Virus record (IMG/VR): IMGVR_UViG_3300028925_010764 | DNA length: 64,000 bases | Direction: 5' to 3' (one strand) | Source of the DNA: an uncultured virus (IMG/VR IMGVR_UViG_3300028925_010764) | Taxonomy: Duplodnaviria > Heunggongvirae > Uroviricota > Caudoviricetes | Made by a program: the position numbers and the translations under genes | Notes under the pieces: model-generated | What the model was told of the DNA's origin: nothing | What the model saw: the letters and a program-made list of their open reading frames with translations, nothing else | Databases searched by the model: none | Shown here: in pieces, positions 9,468 to 19,311 of the stretch | Layout of the letters: each line of letters opens with the position of its first letter | How positions within the stretch are numbered: the first letter of the stretch is position 1

Positions 9468-10786
9468 GCGAACCTATCAACGAATCCATCGAACCACTAC
9501 GCATCCTGAAATTCACAGGAGAGAACGTGAAGCGTCTCAGCTTTGTTGAGCTGGACCCTGACGCCAACTTCATCGTCATCGCCGGGAACAACACCCAAGG
9601 AAAGTCCAGCATCCTTGACGCGATCAAGATGGCTCTGGGCGGCGCTGACAAGATTGGGCCGCGACCCATCCATGACGGCGCGAGCTCTGCAAGAATTGAG
9701 CTGGACTTCGGGAAGTTCAAAGTCACACGCACCGTGAGTGGTGGTGGCACAAAGCTGGTCGTCGAGGGGTCAGACGGAGCCCGCTACGACAAGCCTCAAA
9801 CCCTGCTCGACGACTTCATTGGATCGATCTCCTTCGACCCGCTTGAGTTCAAGGATATGAACAAGAAGGATCAGGTTAAAACCCTGATGGGCCTCGTCGG
9901 TTTGGACTTCACCCTGCTGGACGTGGATCGCAAGACTGCCTATCAGCAGCGCTCGTCGATCAACGCGGACCACCGCCGAGAGGACACGGTCAAGACGGGG
10001 ATGCTTCGGTATCCCGGCCTGGAGGTCATCGACGTGGAGGCAATCACCGCCGACCTTCGGGGAGCGGCCGAGCATAACGCTCAGATCGAGCGCAAGCGGG
10101 AGGGCGTGGAAGCATTGCATCGCGAACTCCAGCAAATCACCTTAGAGGCAAATAAGCTCGCGGACGAGATTGACCGTATTGAGCAGGGACTGGCAGTAAA
10201 GAAGACTGCGCTGAAAACCAGCGAAACCAATGGAGGTAACAAGATAAAAGAGATCGCCGTCGCCGTCGCCAAACTGGACGAGGCGCAGCCGAAAGATCTC
10301 GCCACGTTCGAGGCGCGCATGAAGGAGGCGACCACGAACAATGATAAGGTCGCCGCCACCGCGGCGTGGGAGGCACAGAACAAGCGCGTGCTCAGCCTGA
10401 AAGGCGAGTCGAACGAACTCGGCAAGAAGATAAAAGAGATCGACGACAGTAAGGCTCAATCCGTTGCGAAGGCGAAGTTCCCCATCAAGGGCCTAGCTTT
10501 CGACGACGAGGCCGGCGTCATCTACGAGGGCCGGGAGTTCACCGAGGCGAGTGATGCCGAGAAGATCCGGGTCAGCGTCAGCATCGGGGTCGCCCTGCAT
10601 CCCAAGATGCCGATCTGCCTCGTGAAGAACGGCGCCATGCTGGACACCGAACACCTCCGTCTACTCCATCAGCTCGCCATCGAGAAGAAGGCTCAGATCT
10701 GGGTGGAGCGCGTAGGTGAGGACGGGCCTGCGTCTGTCATTATCGAGGACGGAACTGTGAAGGAAGAGAAGCAGCTCAAGATCTAA
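9464..10786 (+). CDS. SMC/SbcC-like AAA ATPase
   Basis: Walker A GNNTQGKSS, long coiled coil and C-terminal ABC-type half. Confidence 0.85.
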   Translation: MSEPINESIEPLRILKFTGENVKRLSFVELDPDANFIVIAGNNTQGKSSILDAIKMALGGADKIGPRPIHDGASSARIELDFGKFKVTRTVSGGGTKLVVEGSDGARYDKPQTLLDDFIGSISFDPLEFKDMNKKDQVKTLMGLVGLDFTLLDVDRKTAYQQRSSINADHRREDTVKTGMLRYPGLEVIDVEAITADLRGAAEHNAQIERKREGVEALHRELQQITLEANKLADEIDRIEQGLAVKKTALKTSETNGGNKIKEIAVAVAKLDEAQPKDLATFEARMKEATTNNDKVAATAAWEAQNKRVLSLKGESNELGKKIKEIDDSKAQSVAKAKFPIKGLAFDDEAGVIYEGREFTEASDAEKIRVSVSIGVALHPKMPICLVKNGAMLDTEHLRLLHQLAIEKKAQIWVERVGEDGPASVIIEDGTVKEEKQLKI

Positions 10787-10790
10787 CCAA

Positions 10791-11678
10791 ATGGACGCTA
10801 AAATCACGTCCAACTTCTGGCGCGACCCCGACTACGAAGGGGAAGCGCCAGAAGTTAAGCTTGCTGCGATATGGGTCATCACGAACGCAGACATCGTGGG
10901 CCTTGTACACTTCTCGGCGAGGACATTCACATTTGACACGAACTGCCACTCCAAATTCTTGGAGCATCTACTCAAGGTTCAGTCCAAATCGTTCATTCGA
11001 CTGAATGGATTCATCTGGGCCAAAAATTGGATCCGCCACCAAGTCGGTGATGGAGCCAGTCTATCGAAGAACAACTTCAACCGCTCCATATTCAACAGGC
11101 TGGACAAGCTGCCTCCCGAGATCCGAAGCCCAATCTTTGCGGAGTATCCCATCCTGTCTCCGCTCTACGAAACCCGCATGGAGGTCACCAACCCTACGAA
11201 GAAGCCGCGAGGGACGAAACACCCAGAGCCAAAGACTGGGAAGCGGGCAGACGCTGCTCGTGTGCTGCTCACCAAGATGAACGAGATCGGCGGGCGCCAG
11301 TTCGTGGCCGTTGATGCGAACATGTCTCTGATCATCGGGAGACTCAAAGAGGTGGACGACGACGTGAAGGGCTGCATCGTGATGATGGAGCGCCTGTGGT
11401 TGAAGTGGAAAGAAACCAAATGGGCCGAGTTCTTCCAACCGAAGACTGTATTCGGAATCCAGAAATTCCACTCCTACTACGGAGTCCGCAACATCGCCGT
11501 CAACACTGACGGTGACGACATCCAAGCAAAGCTGGATGCCCTCAACGCTGAGATGCTTGTTAATCCAGGCAACAGCGGTAGCGCCTACTACGCTGCTGAC
11601 GCTCTGACTGCAGAGCAAAAAGCCAACTTCCAATCCTTAACCAAAAAGCGCGATGCGCTACTTCAGAAACTATCATGA
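10791..11678 (+). CDS. Replication initiator with conserved phage C-terminal domain
   Basis: N-terminal FWRDP motif and C-terminal FFQPKTVFG..KF.SY motif; directly upstream of dnaB. Confidence 0.7.
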   Translation: MDAKITSNFWRDPDYEGEAPEVKLAAIWVITNADIVGLVHFSARTFTFDTNCHSKFLEHLLKVQSKSFIRLNGFIWAKNWIRHQVGDGASLSKNNFNRSIFNRLDKLPPEIRSPIFAEYPILSPLYETRMEVTNPTKKPRGTKHPEPKTGKRADAARVLLTKMNEIGGRQFVAVDANMSLIIGRLKEVDDDVKGCIVMMERLWLKWKETKWAEFFQPKTVFGIQKFHSYYGVRNIAVNTDGDDIQAKLDALNAEMLVNPGNSGSAYYAADALTAEQKANFQSLTKKRDALLQKLS

Positions 11679-13054
11679 ACGAACCCGCGGACCACATTGC
11701 AGGAGTAGACCGACTACCACCCCACTCAGTTGAAGCCGAGCAAGGGGTGCTCGGATGCTGCTTATGGGATCCAAATAACTGTATCCCTGAATCTCTCGGG
11801 GTTGTGAACTCTGAAACCTTCTACGACCTCAGACACAGGACGATCTTCGACGCAACGAGTGCGCTCTACGAATCCAAGGTCACAGTCGACATCATTGCGA
11901 TGCGGCAACACCTGAAGAACGAGGGCAACCTCGACTTAATCGGCGGCGTTCAGTATCTCAACTTACTTCAAGACTGCGTGCCTTCGCCGGCGAACCTGTC
12001 CTACTACCTCACGATCATCAAAGAGAAGGCGATGCTCCGCAAGGTCATCCAATCCTGCGCCGGGATCGTCTCAATGATCTACTCGCACGAGGGCCAAGTG
12101 GACGAGGTGTTTGAATCCGTCGAGGAAACCATGGTCGCGCTGTCTGTCATGCGGACCAATCCTGAACAGTCCACCATTAAGGAGATAGTCCGACGCGTCA
12201 TCGACAACATTGATGAAGCGCACACTCGCAAGGGCGCGCTCAAAGGGATTGGCACTGGATTCCCAGACATTGACCGTGCGACTGGAGGACTACACCCGAC
12301 CGACTTCGTGGTTCTTGGGGCTCGAACAAGCATGGGGAAATCATCGCTCGGCATGAATATCGTCAGCCACGTTAGCTGCGAACTCAATGAACCCGTCGCG
12401 GTGTTCACGCTCGAGATGAGCGGCGAGCAGCTCGTTGAAAGGATGATGTGCGCGGACGCCCGGGTGAACATGCGCTTGATCAACGACGGGATGCTGGTCG
12501 ACCGAGACTTCCCGAAGCTCACCAAGGCCGCTGGCCGATTGTCCAATGCCCCTATATACGTCGATGAGACTGGAGGGATGACGCTCCTGAAGCTCCGCTC
12601 CCTCGCCCGGCAATACGTAACCCGTGACAAGGTGAAGCTGATCGTCATCGATTACATCCAGCTCCTCTACTGGGACGGCGGTCAGACCCGGTTCTCTAAT
12701 CGTAACGAGGAGCTCACGCGCATCGCTGGCACCCTGAAGCAGATGGCGAAGGACATGAACGTCACGTTCCTCGTGCTATGCCAGCTCAACCGGGATGCCG
12801 ACAAAGGCGGGGGGCAACCCCAGCTACACCACCTCAAAGACTGCGGAGCCATCGAAGAGGCTGCCGATGGGATCTGGCTCATCTACGATGACGACCCCAA
12901 GCAGGAACCAGAGAACGACAACCAGAGGAGGATGCTCAAGATCGCTAAGCAGCGCACCGGTCCCGCGCCGTGCTACTGCCCCCTCATGTTTATCAAGTCC
13001 CTGATCAAATTTGAAACCCGAAGCAAAATCGAAGACGAGGATGTGCCGATATGA
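11675..13054 (+). CDS. dnaB: Replicative DNA helicase
   Basis: PPHSVEAEQGVLG, GARTSMGKSS, VIDYIQL, CQLNR and IAKQRTGP motifs. Confidence 0.95.
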   Translation: MNEPADHIAGVDRLPPHSVEAEQGVLGCCLWDPNNCIPESLGVVNSETFYDLRHRTIFDATSALYESKVTVDIIAMRQHLKNEGNLDLIGGVQYLNLLQDCVPSPANLSYYLTIIKEKAMLRKVIQSCAGIVSMIYSHEGQVDEVFESVEETMVALSVMRTNPEQSTIKEIVRRVIDNIDEAHTRKGALKGIGTGFPDIDRATGGLHPTDFVVLGARTSMGKSSLGMNIVSHVSCELNEPVAVFTLEMSGEQLVERMMCADARVNMRLINDGMLVDRDFPKLTKAAGRLSNAPIYVDETGGMTLLKLRSLARQYVTRDKVKLIVIDYIQLLYWDGGQTRFSNRNEELTRIAGTLKQMAKDMNVTFLVLCQLNRDADKGGGQPQLHHLKDCGAIEEAADGIWLIYDDDPKQEPENDNQRRMLKIAKQRTGPAPCYCPLMFIKSLIKFETRSKIEDEDVPI

Positions 13055-13353
13055 GTCAGGACACCTTCGACTTCACCTACCCGCACAAGCCTGGATATAA
13101 GAAGCGAGGCACGAGCGAGGCAGCGGCGAAGGACATGGTGATTCGTGCCGGCACATTGAAAGCCGGTATCTTGATACAGCTCGAACAACATGCCGACCTG
13201 ACACCTGACGAACTCGCAACCAATATGGGGAAGACCGTGCTGGCCATTCGGCCGCGATGCTCGGAGCTTCTCAAAACTCACCACATCACCGAAGCTGGTA
13301 TTCAACGAACCAACACAAGCGGTAAAAACGCAGAAGCCCTCAAACTATCATGA
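13051..13353 (+). CDS. Winged-helix DNA-binding protein
   Basis: TSEAAA...LTPDELA...IRPRCSEL pattern common in phage proteins. Confidence 0.6.
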   Translation: MSQDTFDFTYPHKPGYKKRGTSEAAAKDMVIRAGTLKAGILIQLEQHADLTPDELATNMGKTVLAIRPRCSELLKTHHITEAGIQRTNTSGKNAEALKLS

Positions 13354-13832
13354 AGAAACTAAAACGAAGAAAGCAGCAGAAGCTCGGCCCCAGTCCTGAA
13401 GAACTCCTAGCCGAGATGCCCGCCAGTGGCGCCGGCCGTCCGATGCGCGGCACTCGCAAGCCAACCAAGATCTATCGGCCCCACGAGAACGACAAGCTCA
13501 AAGCGAAGCGCGATCGCAGGGAGTGGGTAACGAAGGTCTGCAAGGGCGACAAGCGATACCAGTCCTGCCCGCCAAACATCGTGCTGATCTACATGCAGGA
13601 CGATCCTTACGACGCCATCCTGTCCAAGCACAAGAAGTGGTTCAGCGCAGTGGACGCAGCGCGCACAGCAACGCACCGTCACCGCATGTTCAACAACGGA
13701 CTGGTGTCGCGAGGGACGGATGTGTTCATCGTCCGTGACTCGAACATCCGTGACTTAAACATCACTCACGTCACCCACTGCGAGCAGATCGTGATGGGGC
13801 CCTTAAAAATCCCCATCTTCTCTCTCAAATGA
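13350..13832 (+). CDS. Hypothetical basic protein
   Basis: ATGA overlaps at both ends. Confidence 0.6.
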   Translation: MKKLKRRKQQKLGPSPEELLAEMPASGAGRPMRGTRKPTKIYRPHENDKLKAKRDRREWVTKVCKGDKRYQSCPPNIVLIYMQDDPYDAILSKHKKWFSAVDAARTATHRHRMFNNGLVSRGTDVFIVRDSNIRDLNITHVTHCEQIVMGPLKIPIFSLK

Positions 13833-14767
13833 GCGTAGACACGGCAATCGAATGGTGCGACAGCAGCGGCAACCCGTCCATGGGATGCGAGGGCTGCGAA
13901 CTCTGGACGAAGACCACCCACCTCTGCTACGCCGGCCTACTCCACGAACAGAGGCCAGGCCACAAGGGATACGCCAAGCAGTTCGAGGTGCCTGAGATGT
14001 TCCCTGACCGAATGGACAAGATGGCAGGGTGGTCAGATCTCAGCGGGAAGCACCGCATGGGCAGTAAGAAGGTGGGGCCAAAGCCTTGGATGACCGCAAT
14101 GCCGCGTACGATCTTCTTGGGTGACATGGGCGATCTGTTCTCCGTGTCAATCCCTGACGAGTTCATACTCGACGTGATGGAGAAAGCAGTCGCCGCACCG
14201 AAACACATCTGGATGGTACTCACGAAGCGTCCTTCGAGAATGGCGAAGATGTTCAGCGTTGATCGGGGAGCGGTGGAAAACATCTGGGGAATGACAAGCG
14301 TCACGAACCGGAAGTCCCTCCCGCGAATCGCCTGGCTCAAGAAGACCAACTTCCACGTCAAGGGACTCTCGGTAGAGCCCCTGATGGAAGACCTCCCCGA
14401 GCTTCCCAACATGCTAGACGGCCTCGACTGGGTGATTGTAGGAGGGCTGAGCGGGAACATAGACCCCGAGAATCGAACACGTCTGGAATGGATCCAGAGA
14501 ATCGTCAACGGATGCCGCGAACGGAAGATACCAGTCTTCGTGAAGCAGATCGGTTCCGGCCACCCAGACCAAGGGCCCGGCAACATTAAGGGATCTAACT
14601 GGCTCCACTGGCCGAAGGAGATCCACATACGCCAGATGCCCCTCAATAAAACCAAACTCCCATCCGACTGGAGCTTTCACCCCACAAATTTCTATGCCTA
14701 CCAACCCGACATGTTCGACAAACGCTCTCCTAACGTGCTCTCTCGCGGGGACTCGATACCGCATTGA
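13829..14767 (+). CDS. Gp37/Gp68 (DUF5131) radical-SAM-like protein
   Basis: IEWCD..NP..GC.GC......CYA, F.GDMGDLF, LTKRP, SVEPL and DWVIVGG motifs. Confidence 0.9.
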   Translation: MSVDTAIEWCDSSGNPSMGCEGCELWTKTTHLCYAGLLHEQRPGHKGYAKQFEVPEMFPDRMDKMAGWSDLSGKHRMGSKKVGPKPWMTAMPRTIFLGDMGDLFSVSIPDEFILDVMEKAVAAPKHIWMVLTKRPSRMAKMFSVDRGAVENIWGMTSVTNRKSLPRIAWLKKTNFHVKGLSVEPLMEDLPELPNMLDGLDWVIVGGLSGNIDPENRTRLEWIQRIVNGCRERKIPVFVKQIGSGHPDQGPGNIKGSNWLHWPKEIHIRQMPLNKTKLPSDWSFHPTNFYAYQPDMFDKRSPNVLSRGDSIPH

Positions 14768-14777
14768 GGACGTGGAC

Positions 14778-15038
14778 ATGCTCCGGTTCTCTGTGACGAA
14801 ATCGAAAGGGAAACCTCACTTCGTTGACCTGATGAGCCTACCGCGCGGTGGTAAGTTCAACGGAAAGTGCGACTGCTGGCCGTTCATGAACACGTTCATG
14901 CCGCGGTTCGATGACAAGATGCCGATCAGTGAACTCACCAGGTGCCCCCACATCAAAGCCGTTCTCACTGCACTGGCTGACAAGCTCGTTTCGGAAATGG
15001 CGAAGGAGTGGAAAGGGAAGGACGACGACAACTCATGA
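14778..15038 (+). CDS. SWIM-type zinc-finger protein
   Basis: CDC..F...CPHI motif; start uncertain. Confidence 0.55.
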   Translation: MLRFSVTKSKGKPHFVDLMSLPRGGKFNGKCDCWPFMNTFMPRFDDKMPISELTRCPHIKAVLTALADKLVSEMAKEWKGKDDDNS

Positions 15039-15125
15039 ACAATTTACCTCTCTGGACTGTTCTTTGGGAACCGTGACCCGTTAGAAATGACCCCGGTTCA
15101 ACATTAATCCAGAGAGGTTTCCACT

Positions 15126-15440
15126 ATGAAACAAATCAGCGACAAGCGGGCCGCAGAGAACTCCCTCTACAAGAAGGAGAAGGAGGTCTTCCTTAAAGAG
15201 CACTGGAGATGTCGTGCTTGCCCGAGTCTTCCATCGGTCAAGACAAAGCACCCATACTCCAATTTCTCCTCGGAGATCCATCACACGCGAGGCCGAACCG
15301 GACGGTTGCTTAGAGATCAAAGGTTCTGGATGCCCGTCTGTCGTCGATGCCACGAATGGATACACACCAACATGAACGAGGCCCGCAAGGTGGATCTACT
15401 CTGCCAACTCGGAGAATGGAACACCTACCCAGAAATATGA
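15126..15440 (+). CDS. HNH-like nuclease
   Basis: CRAC...EIHH.RGR...VCRRCHEWIH. Confidence 0.75.
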   Translation: MKQISDKRAAENSLYKKEKEVFLKEHWRCRACPSLPSVKTKHPYSNFSSEIHHTRGRTGRLLRDQRFWMPVCRRCHEWIHTNMNEARKVDLLCQLGEWNTYPEI

Positions 15441-15643
15441 AACACAACGGAAACCTACCTGACTGGTGCACGGATCAAATGATCGATGATCATTTTGGAC
15501 CCAAGGCCGAAGACTGCGAGCGATGCGAGGGCGACGGACATATCCTATGCTTTGTCTGTAAAGGGAAAGCCTGCGACATCTGCGACGAAGAGGGAACTGT
15601 CCAGTGCCCTGACTGCGAAGGCGAAGGTTTGGAAAAGGATTGA
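15437..15643 (+). CDS. Small CxxCxGxG zinc-finger protein
   Basis: CERCEGDG, CFVCKG, CDIC and CPDCEGEG; ATGA overlap with the upstream gene. Confidence 0.65.
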   Translation: MKHNGNLPDWCTDQMIDDHFGPKAEDCERCEGDGHILCFVCKGKACDICDEEGTVQCPDCEGEGLEKD

Positions 15644-16173
15644 CGGGAATGGGAATAACTCGAGAACAGTTCGAGATGATGCAGAAGAAGCTCGGGTGGA
15701 ATGGGTCGATTGACAACCCGGCATTCGAGAAGGTGATCCCGAAATCTGTTTCGGGATCACCTGTCCAGATGGACTCGCGGCCGAAGACGAAGGACGTCCT
15801 CAACAAGACCGAGAAGGCATACTTAGCCTACCTCCGCGCGCTGCGCTATCCGTGGATTGGGATCCAGTGCATAAAGCTCCGTCTCGGTGACAACTGCCAA
15901 TACACTCCGGACTTCTGGGTCGTGAACGCGAACGGCCGGATGGAGGCGCACGAGGTGAAGGGGTTCATGAGGGACGACGCGCGCGTAAAGCTGATGGCCG
16001 CGGCCTCGATGTATCCGATGTTCGACTTCCGGCTGATCTACAAGCAGAAGGCGAAGGACGGCGGCGGGTGGGACATCAGTGAGGCTCAAGGTTGGCCTGG
16101 GGCCAGCCAAGCTCACCCTCTGTCCGTTCCCACGCCCAGCACGCATCGGGAACCAGAGCCCGAAAAGGCATAA
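15640..16173 (+). CDS. DUF1064-like PD-(D/E)XK endonuclease
   Basis: NKTE..Y, YTPDF and HEVKG motifs. Confidence 0.8.
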   Translation: MTGMGITREQFEMMQKKLGWNGSIDNPAFEKVIPKSVSGSPVQMDSRPKTKDVLNKTEKAYLAYLRALRYPWIGIQCIKLRLGDNCQYTPDFWVVNANGRMEAHEVKGFMRDDARVKLMAAASMYPMFDFRLIYKQKAKDGGGWDISEAQGWPGASQAHPLSVPTPSTHREPEPEKA

Positions 16174-16489
16174 AGCAGCCGCATCCCAGATCCTCCGTGC
16201 CATCACCGATTCCGAGGAGCTCCACATTCTCCTTGGGAACCCGGCATGTCTTGAACCCGGAGTCGTAGATCGGGCACCCCTCGCACTTCTCTAGCCTCAT
16301 CGCCCAGACCTTGGTCTGGACATTGATCTTGGAGAATGACTTCAGGAGTTGCCACAACGTGACAGTTCTCCGTTCCCTGTGAATGGCCTGAACCCAGAGC
16401 AACCACGTCTTCGGATTCAGGAGGGTCAGTACAAAAAGCAGGCCCGTCTTTCGACGGACCCACTTCTCGGTTACTCCACGGACCAACAT
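16076..16489 (-). CDS. Cys-rich phage protein
   Basis: R..KCEGCP....TC....GCGCFM....C motif; start taken at the ATG at 16489. Confidence 0.55.
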   Translation of the reverse strand: MLVRGVTEKWVRRKTGLLFVLTLLNPKTWLLWVQAIHRERRTVTLWQLLKSFSKINVQTKVWAMRLEKCEGCPIYDSGFKTCRVPKENVELLGIGDGTEDLGCGCFMPFRALVPDACWAWERTEGELGWPQANLEPH

Positions 16490-16496
16490 GGAAATT

Positions 16497-16874
16497 CTAT
16501 GCGGGAGGCCCATCCTCGTCGTCGACACCGGGGTCGACGCCTTCGTCGACTTCCGTTTCAGGTTCGTCGGAGTGATCGCCGTCGCTTCGCGCCTCTTTCT
16601 CGGTCATCGGGACACCGTTAGCGAACTCGACGATCTCCCCGGCTACTTCAGGATCGGGCGCAGGCTCTTCAGCGACGGGGGGTTCCGGTTCGGCTGGAGC
16701 GGACTCGGGTTCTTCGGCAGGGGACGGAGGGTTGGCGAGATCGGAATCGGAGACGACGACAACCTCTCCTTCCTCAATCTGCCGGCGAAGCCTGGCTTTC
16801 TGATCCCAGTTTAGAGGGGAGTTGATATGATCAAGGCGATAGTCCGCGTTGGCTTGGGTGATTCTTGTGGGCAT
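16497..16874 (-). CDS. Acidic Pro-rich hypothetical protein
   Basis: In-operon ORF with phage-like codon use. Confidence 0.6.
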   Translation of the reverse strand: MPTRITQANADYRLDHINSPLNWDQKARLRRQIEEGEVVVVSDSDLANPPSPAEEPESAPAEPEPPVAEEPAPDPEVAGEIVEFANGVPMTEKEARSDGDHSDEPETEVDEGVDPGVDDEDGPPA

Positions 16875-16898
16875 GGTGGTGTTTTGTCCGAATACGGA

Positions 16899-17438
16899 TT
16901 AAATGTAAAGCACTTTGATGGCTTGATTGAGGCCGACTGACTTGGAATACCAGTCAGCCAGGTCAAACTTAGCGCCGGCTGGAGCGAATATCTCCTTCAA
17001 TCCTCCACTGATAAGGCTGAACTGATCGCCCTCTACGTTGGGACCAAAGGTGACCGCTGTGCCTCCCGCCACACTGATGATCGCTCGCTGCGCGTGAGCC
17101 TGAAAATCCCCTACGATTGTTCCGGTAGCCGGCGTAACGGGAGCCTCGCCGGCCCTGAGATTAAAAGTGAAGGTCGTCGTGGTGACCTCGGTGATGTAGA
17201 CCAGCCTGTTGTATTCAGCCTGCGCGGCGCCACTGACAACGACCTGATCTCCAACATTAAGCCGGTGGGCTACGGAGGTGGTAGCAACGCAGACCAGCAG
17301 GACTCTAGAGAGCGCAGAGATAGATAGCTGCACTGGGGCCAGCGTCTTTGCCGTGATCGTAGTGCCGTGGGAAGTGAGTTGAAGCTCCCTCCATTGAAGG
17401 AGGGGCAGAGGCATCGTAAAAGTCGTTGTATTGCTCAT
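16899..17438 (-). CDS. Probable virion protein with an FCCH-like beta domain
   Basis: AHRLNVGDQVVVSGA..AEYN...TTTTFTF, similar to repeats in the tail genes at 45.6-49.8 kb. Confidence 0.6.
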   Translation of the reverse strand: MSNTTTFTMPLPLLQWRELQLTSHGTTITAKTLAPVQLSISALSRVLLVCVATTSVAHRLNVGDQVVVSGAAQAEYNRLVYITEVTTTTFTFNLRAGEAPVTPATGTIVGDFQAHAQRAIISVAGGTAVTFGPNVEGDQFSLISGGLKEIFAPAGAKFDLADWYSKSVGLNQAIKVLYI

Positions 17439-17488
17439 TGTCAGGTAAAAAATGTCAGACCTGAACGAAACCTGCGCGCCCTGTCAGC

Positions 17489-18076
17489 TTACGTCAAGTT
17501 AAAGAATGTGACCCAGATCAGCCTGGAATCCTCGTCTGTCTGGCCGTGCCCCTCCCGCGGGAACCTTCCGTGGTAGTAGCTCGTCGGGTAGACGATCAGC
17601 CGGCGCCACGATCCGAACACCCACGCGTGCATCGTCCACTTCTCCCCGTCGGTCCACTGCTTCTGAATGTGATTTGACAGGTCTGAGTCATGCTCTGGAT
17701 GCTCAATGAACCCAGTCTCCGAGTGGCGGAAGAACCCAGTCCCGCCCTGCTCGTGCCGCGGATCTGACAAGTATAGGATGGCGGCATGGGACGCGCATAT
17801 CGTGTCCGCGTGAGCCACGTTGTGGGTGGTCATGCCTTTCTTATCGCGCCGGAAGCAGGAGAGAGCAGGTTTTATCGTCGGCACAGAATCAACCCCCTCT
17901 ACCATTTTCAACGCCAGCCTCTCGTGGAGCCAGTCAGACTCGAAGTCCTCTCCGATGCCGTCGTAGGGCGCGTCGTCTGGGCCGGCGACCTGGTCCTTGA
18001 AGCCAGCCTCGATCGCGCCATCGCGGATCTGCTCAGCCTCAGCCTCGGTCACGAAGTCGTCGAATATCTGGATCAT
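17489..18076 (-). CDS. 2OG-Fe(II) oxygenase (DUF6445-like)
   Basis: HAD motif, ILYLS...GGTGF, RLIVY...YHG and a C-terminal R..WVTFF. Confidence 0.8.
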   Translation of the reverse strand: MIQIFDDFVTEAEAEQIRDGAIEAGFKDQVAGPDDAPYDGIGEDFESDWLHERLALKMVEGVDSVPTIKPALSCFRRDKKGMTTHNVAHADTICASHAAILYLSDPRHEQGGTGFFRHSETGFIEHPEHDSDLSNHIQKQWTDGEKWTMHAWVFGSWRRLIVYPTSYYHGRFPREGHGQTDEDSRLIWVTFFNLT

Positions 18077-18333
18077 GGTGTGAGTTTGCTCGGGTCAGGA
18101 TCGGCGTCGTATTCCTCCGGAGTAAACCCATGCTTCTTCTTGAACGCCGCGTTGTAGTGGGCCATAGCGCAGTCCTCCGAGCAGAATCCCACGGCTGAAA
18201 GGTCGTGCATGTTCGACACCATCAGGACATCGAGGTTGATCACCTGTGACATCCGAGTCAGGACGGTCGCATCACACTTTGGGCATTGAAGCCAGTCGGT
18301 CTTGAATGGGTTGTGGATCAGGTCAGCGCTCAT
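18073..18333 (-). CDS. Small zinc-binding protein
   Basis: CPKC...FCSEDC; coupled to neighbours. Confidence 0.6.
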   Translation of the reverse strand: MSADLIHNPFKTDWLQCPKCDATVLTRMSQVINLDVLMVSNMHDLSAVGFCSEDCAMAHYNAAFKKKHGFTPEEYDADPDPSKLTP

Positions 18334-18524
18334 TCCTCATCCTCCTGCTTTTTGTTCGCGGCTCTGATCGCGGCGTTGCGCTTCGAGCGAGCTGCTGCGT
18401 TACCGAACGACACCCGCCCGCTGACGATTCCCCTCTTCTCTGCGACTTCCTTGTATCGCTTGTTGAACGCCTTGGTGTCCATGTGGCTCATCACTGAGGG
18501 ATTCTTTGATGTTTTTCTTCTCAT
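18330..18524 (-). CDS. Small basic protein (64 aa)
   Basis: Likely start MRRKTSK at 18524, with ATGA overlap on the methyltransferase stop. Confidence 0.5.
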   Translation of the reverse strand: MRRKTSKNPSVMSHMDTKAFNKRYKEVAEKRGIVSGRVSFGNAAARSKRNAAIRAANKKQEDEE

Positions 18525-19159
18525 TTCGGATGGAGGATGAAGGAGTTTTGGACTGGGTCGCTGAGAGGTTGAGAGTGGACCGTCCATCCAGTCTCGTCGA
18601 GGATACAAGCAATGTGCTCGTGCGAGTAGACCGTCGTGCGAAAGTCCGAGTGATTGTAGCGGCGCTCCCCGGGTGGCTTCGCGTGCTCCACCTTGCTCGA
18701 CTCCTCTTCGATCTTCAGCGTTATGAAGATCTGCTTCGCCCTGCCCTTCATCTTCAGGAGGAAGTCGCGGAGCTGGTCGGGCCCGCAGTGGATGAAGACC
18801 TGAATCGCCAGCACCCAGTCGAACACATCTGGCCACTCCAACCCTAGCTCCTCCTCCATGTCTTCGGTGGCAAAATCCGCGCTCGTCGAAAATGCTGGAT
18901 CTTTCTCAGTGACTACCGCTTCTGTTATCTCATCCTCAAGCCCCCGGAGAAGCTGTTTCTCGTTTGGCTCAATTCCGTGGTAACGATTTGGATCAAGGTA
19001 GGGGATTAACTCCCGGCCCACGCGCAGTGACCCGCACCCCACGTCGAGGACGTAGTCAGCCGGCGCGAGCCCATGGTCGACCAGCGTCAGGAACATCTTC
19101 GCGCCGAATGTGTAGAACTTCTCCTCGGGCCCGACGTAGGATCTGTGATTCCAGATCAC
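18521..19159 (-). CDS. Class I SAM-dependent methyltransferase
   Basis: VLDVGCGSLR.G motif I and FD.VLA.QVFIH; GTG start at 19159 overlaps the upstream stop (GTGA). Confidence 0.85.
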   Translation of the reverse strand: MIWNHRSYVGPEEKFYTFGAKMFLTLVDHGLAPADYVLDVGCGSLRVGRELIPYLDPNRYHGIEPNEKQLLRGLEDEITEAVVTEKDPAFSTSADFATEDMEEELGLEWPDVFDWVLAIQVFIHCGPDQLRDFLLKMKGRAKQIFITLKIEEESSKVEHAKPPGERRYNHSDFRTTVYSHEHIACILDETGWTVHSQPLSDPVQNSFILHPK

Positions 19160-19311
19160 CGGCGCCGCTCCCGCACGTAGTGACAGGCAGTGCAGATCAG
19201 CACGGTCAATTTTTTTTTCCCCACCTCGATCTTCCACCCATTGGCCAGATTGACCTTCCGGCCGCACGCTTCAGCGCAGCACGTTTCCTGCAATATGCTG
19301 TTATGCGTCAT
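19156..19311 (-). CDS. Small Cys-containing protein (51 aa)
   Basis: Below the ORF-track cutoff. Hand translation MTHNSILQETCCAEACGRK...ICTACHYVRERRR; it abuts the upstream stop and overlaps the downstream start. Confidence 0.55.
   Translation of the reverse strand: MTHNSILQETCCAEACGRKVNLANGWKIEVGKKKLTVLICTACHYVRERRR

Noticed and set aside
16480..16814. GGACCAACATG motif and + strand ORF 16488-16814
   Set aside because: It lacks the AAG part of the motif and is the antisense shadow of a credible minus-strand gene.
19210..19222. T9 homopolymer as a phase-variation or frameshift site
   Set aside because: Explained by GKKK codons of the intact 51-aa ORF at 19156-19311.
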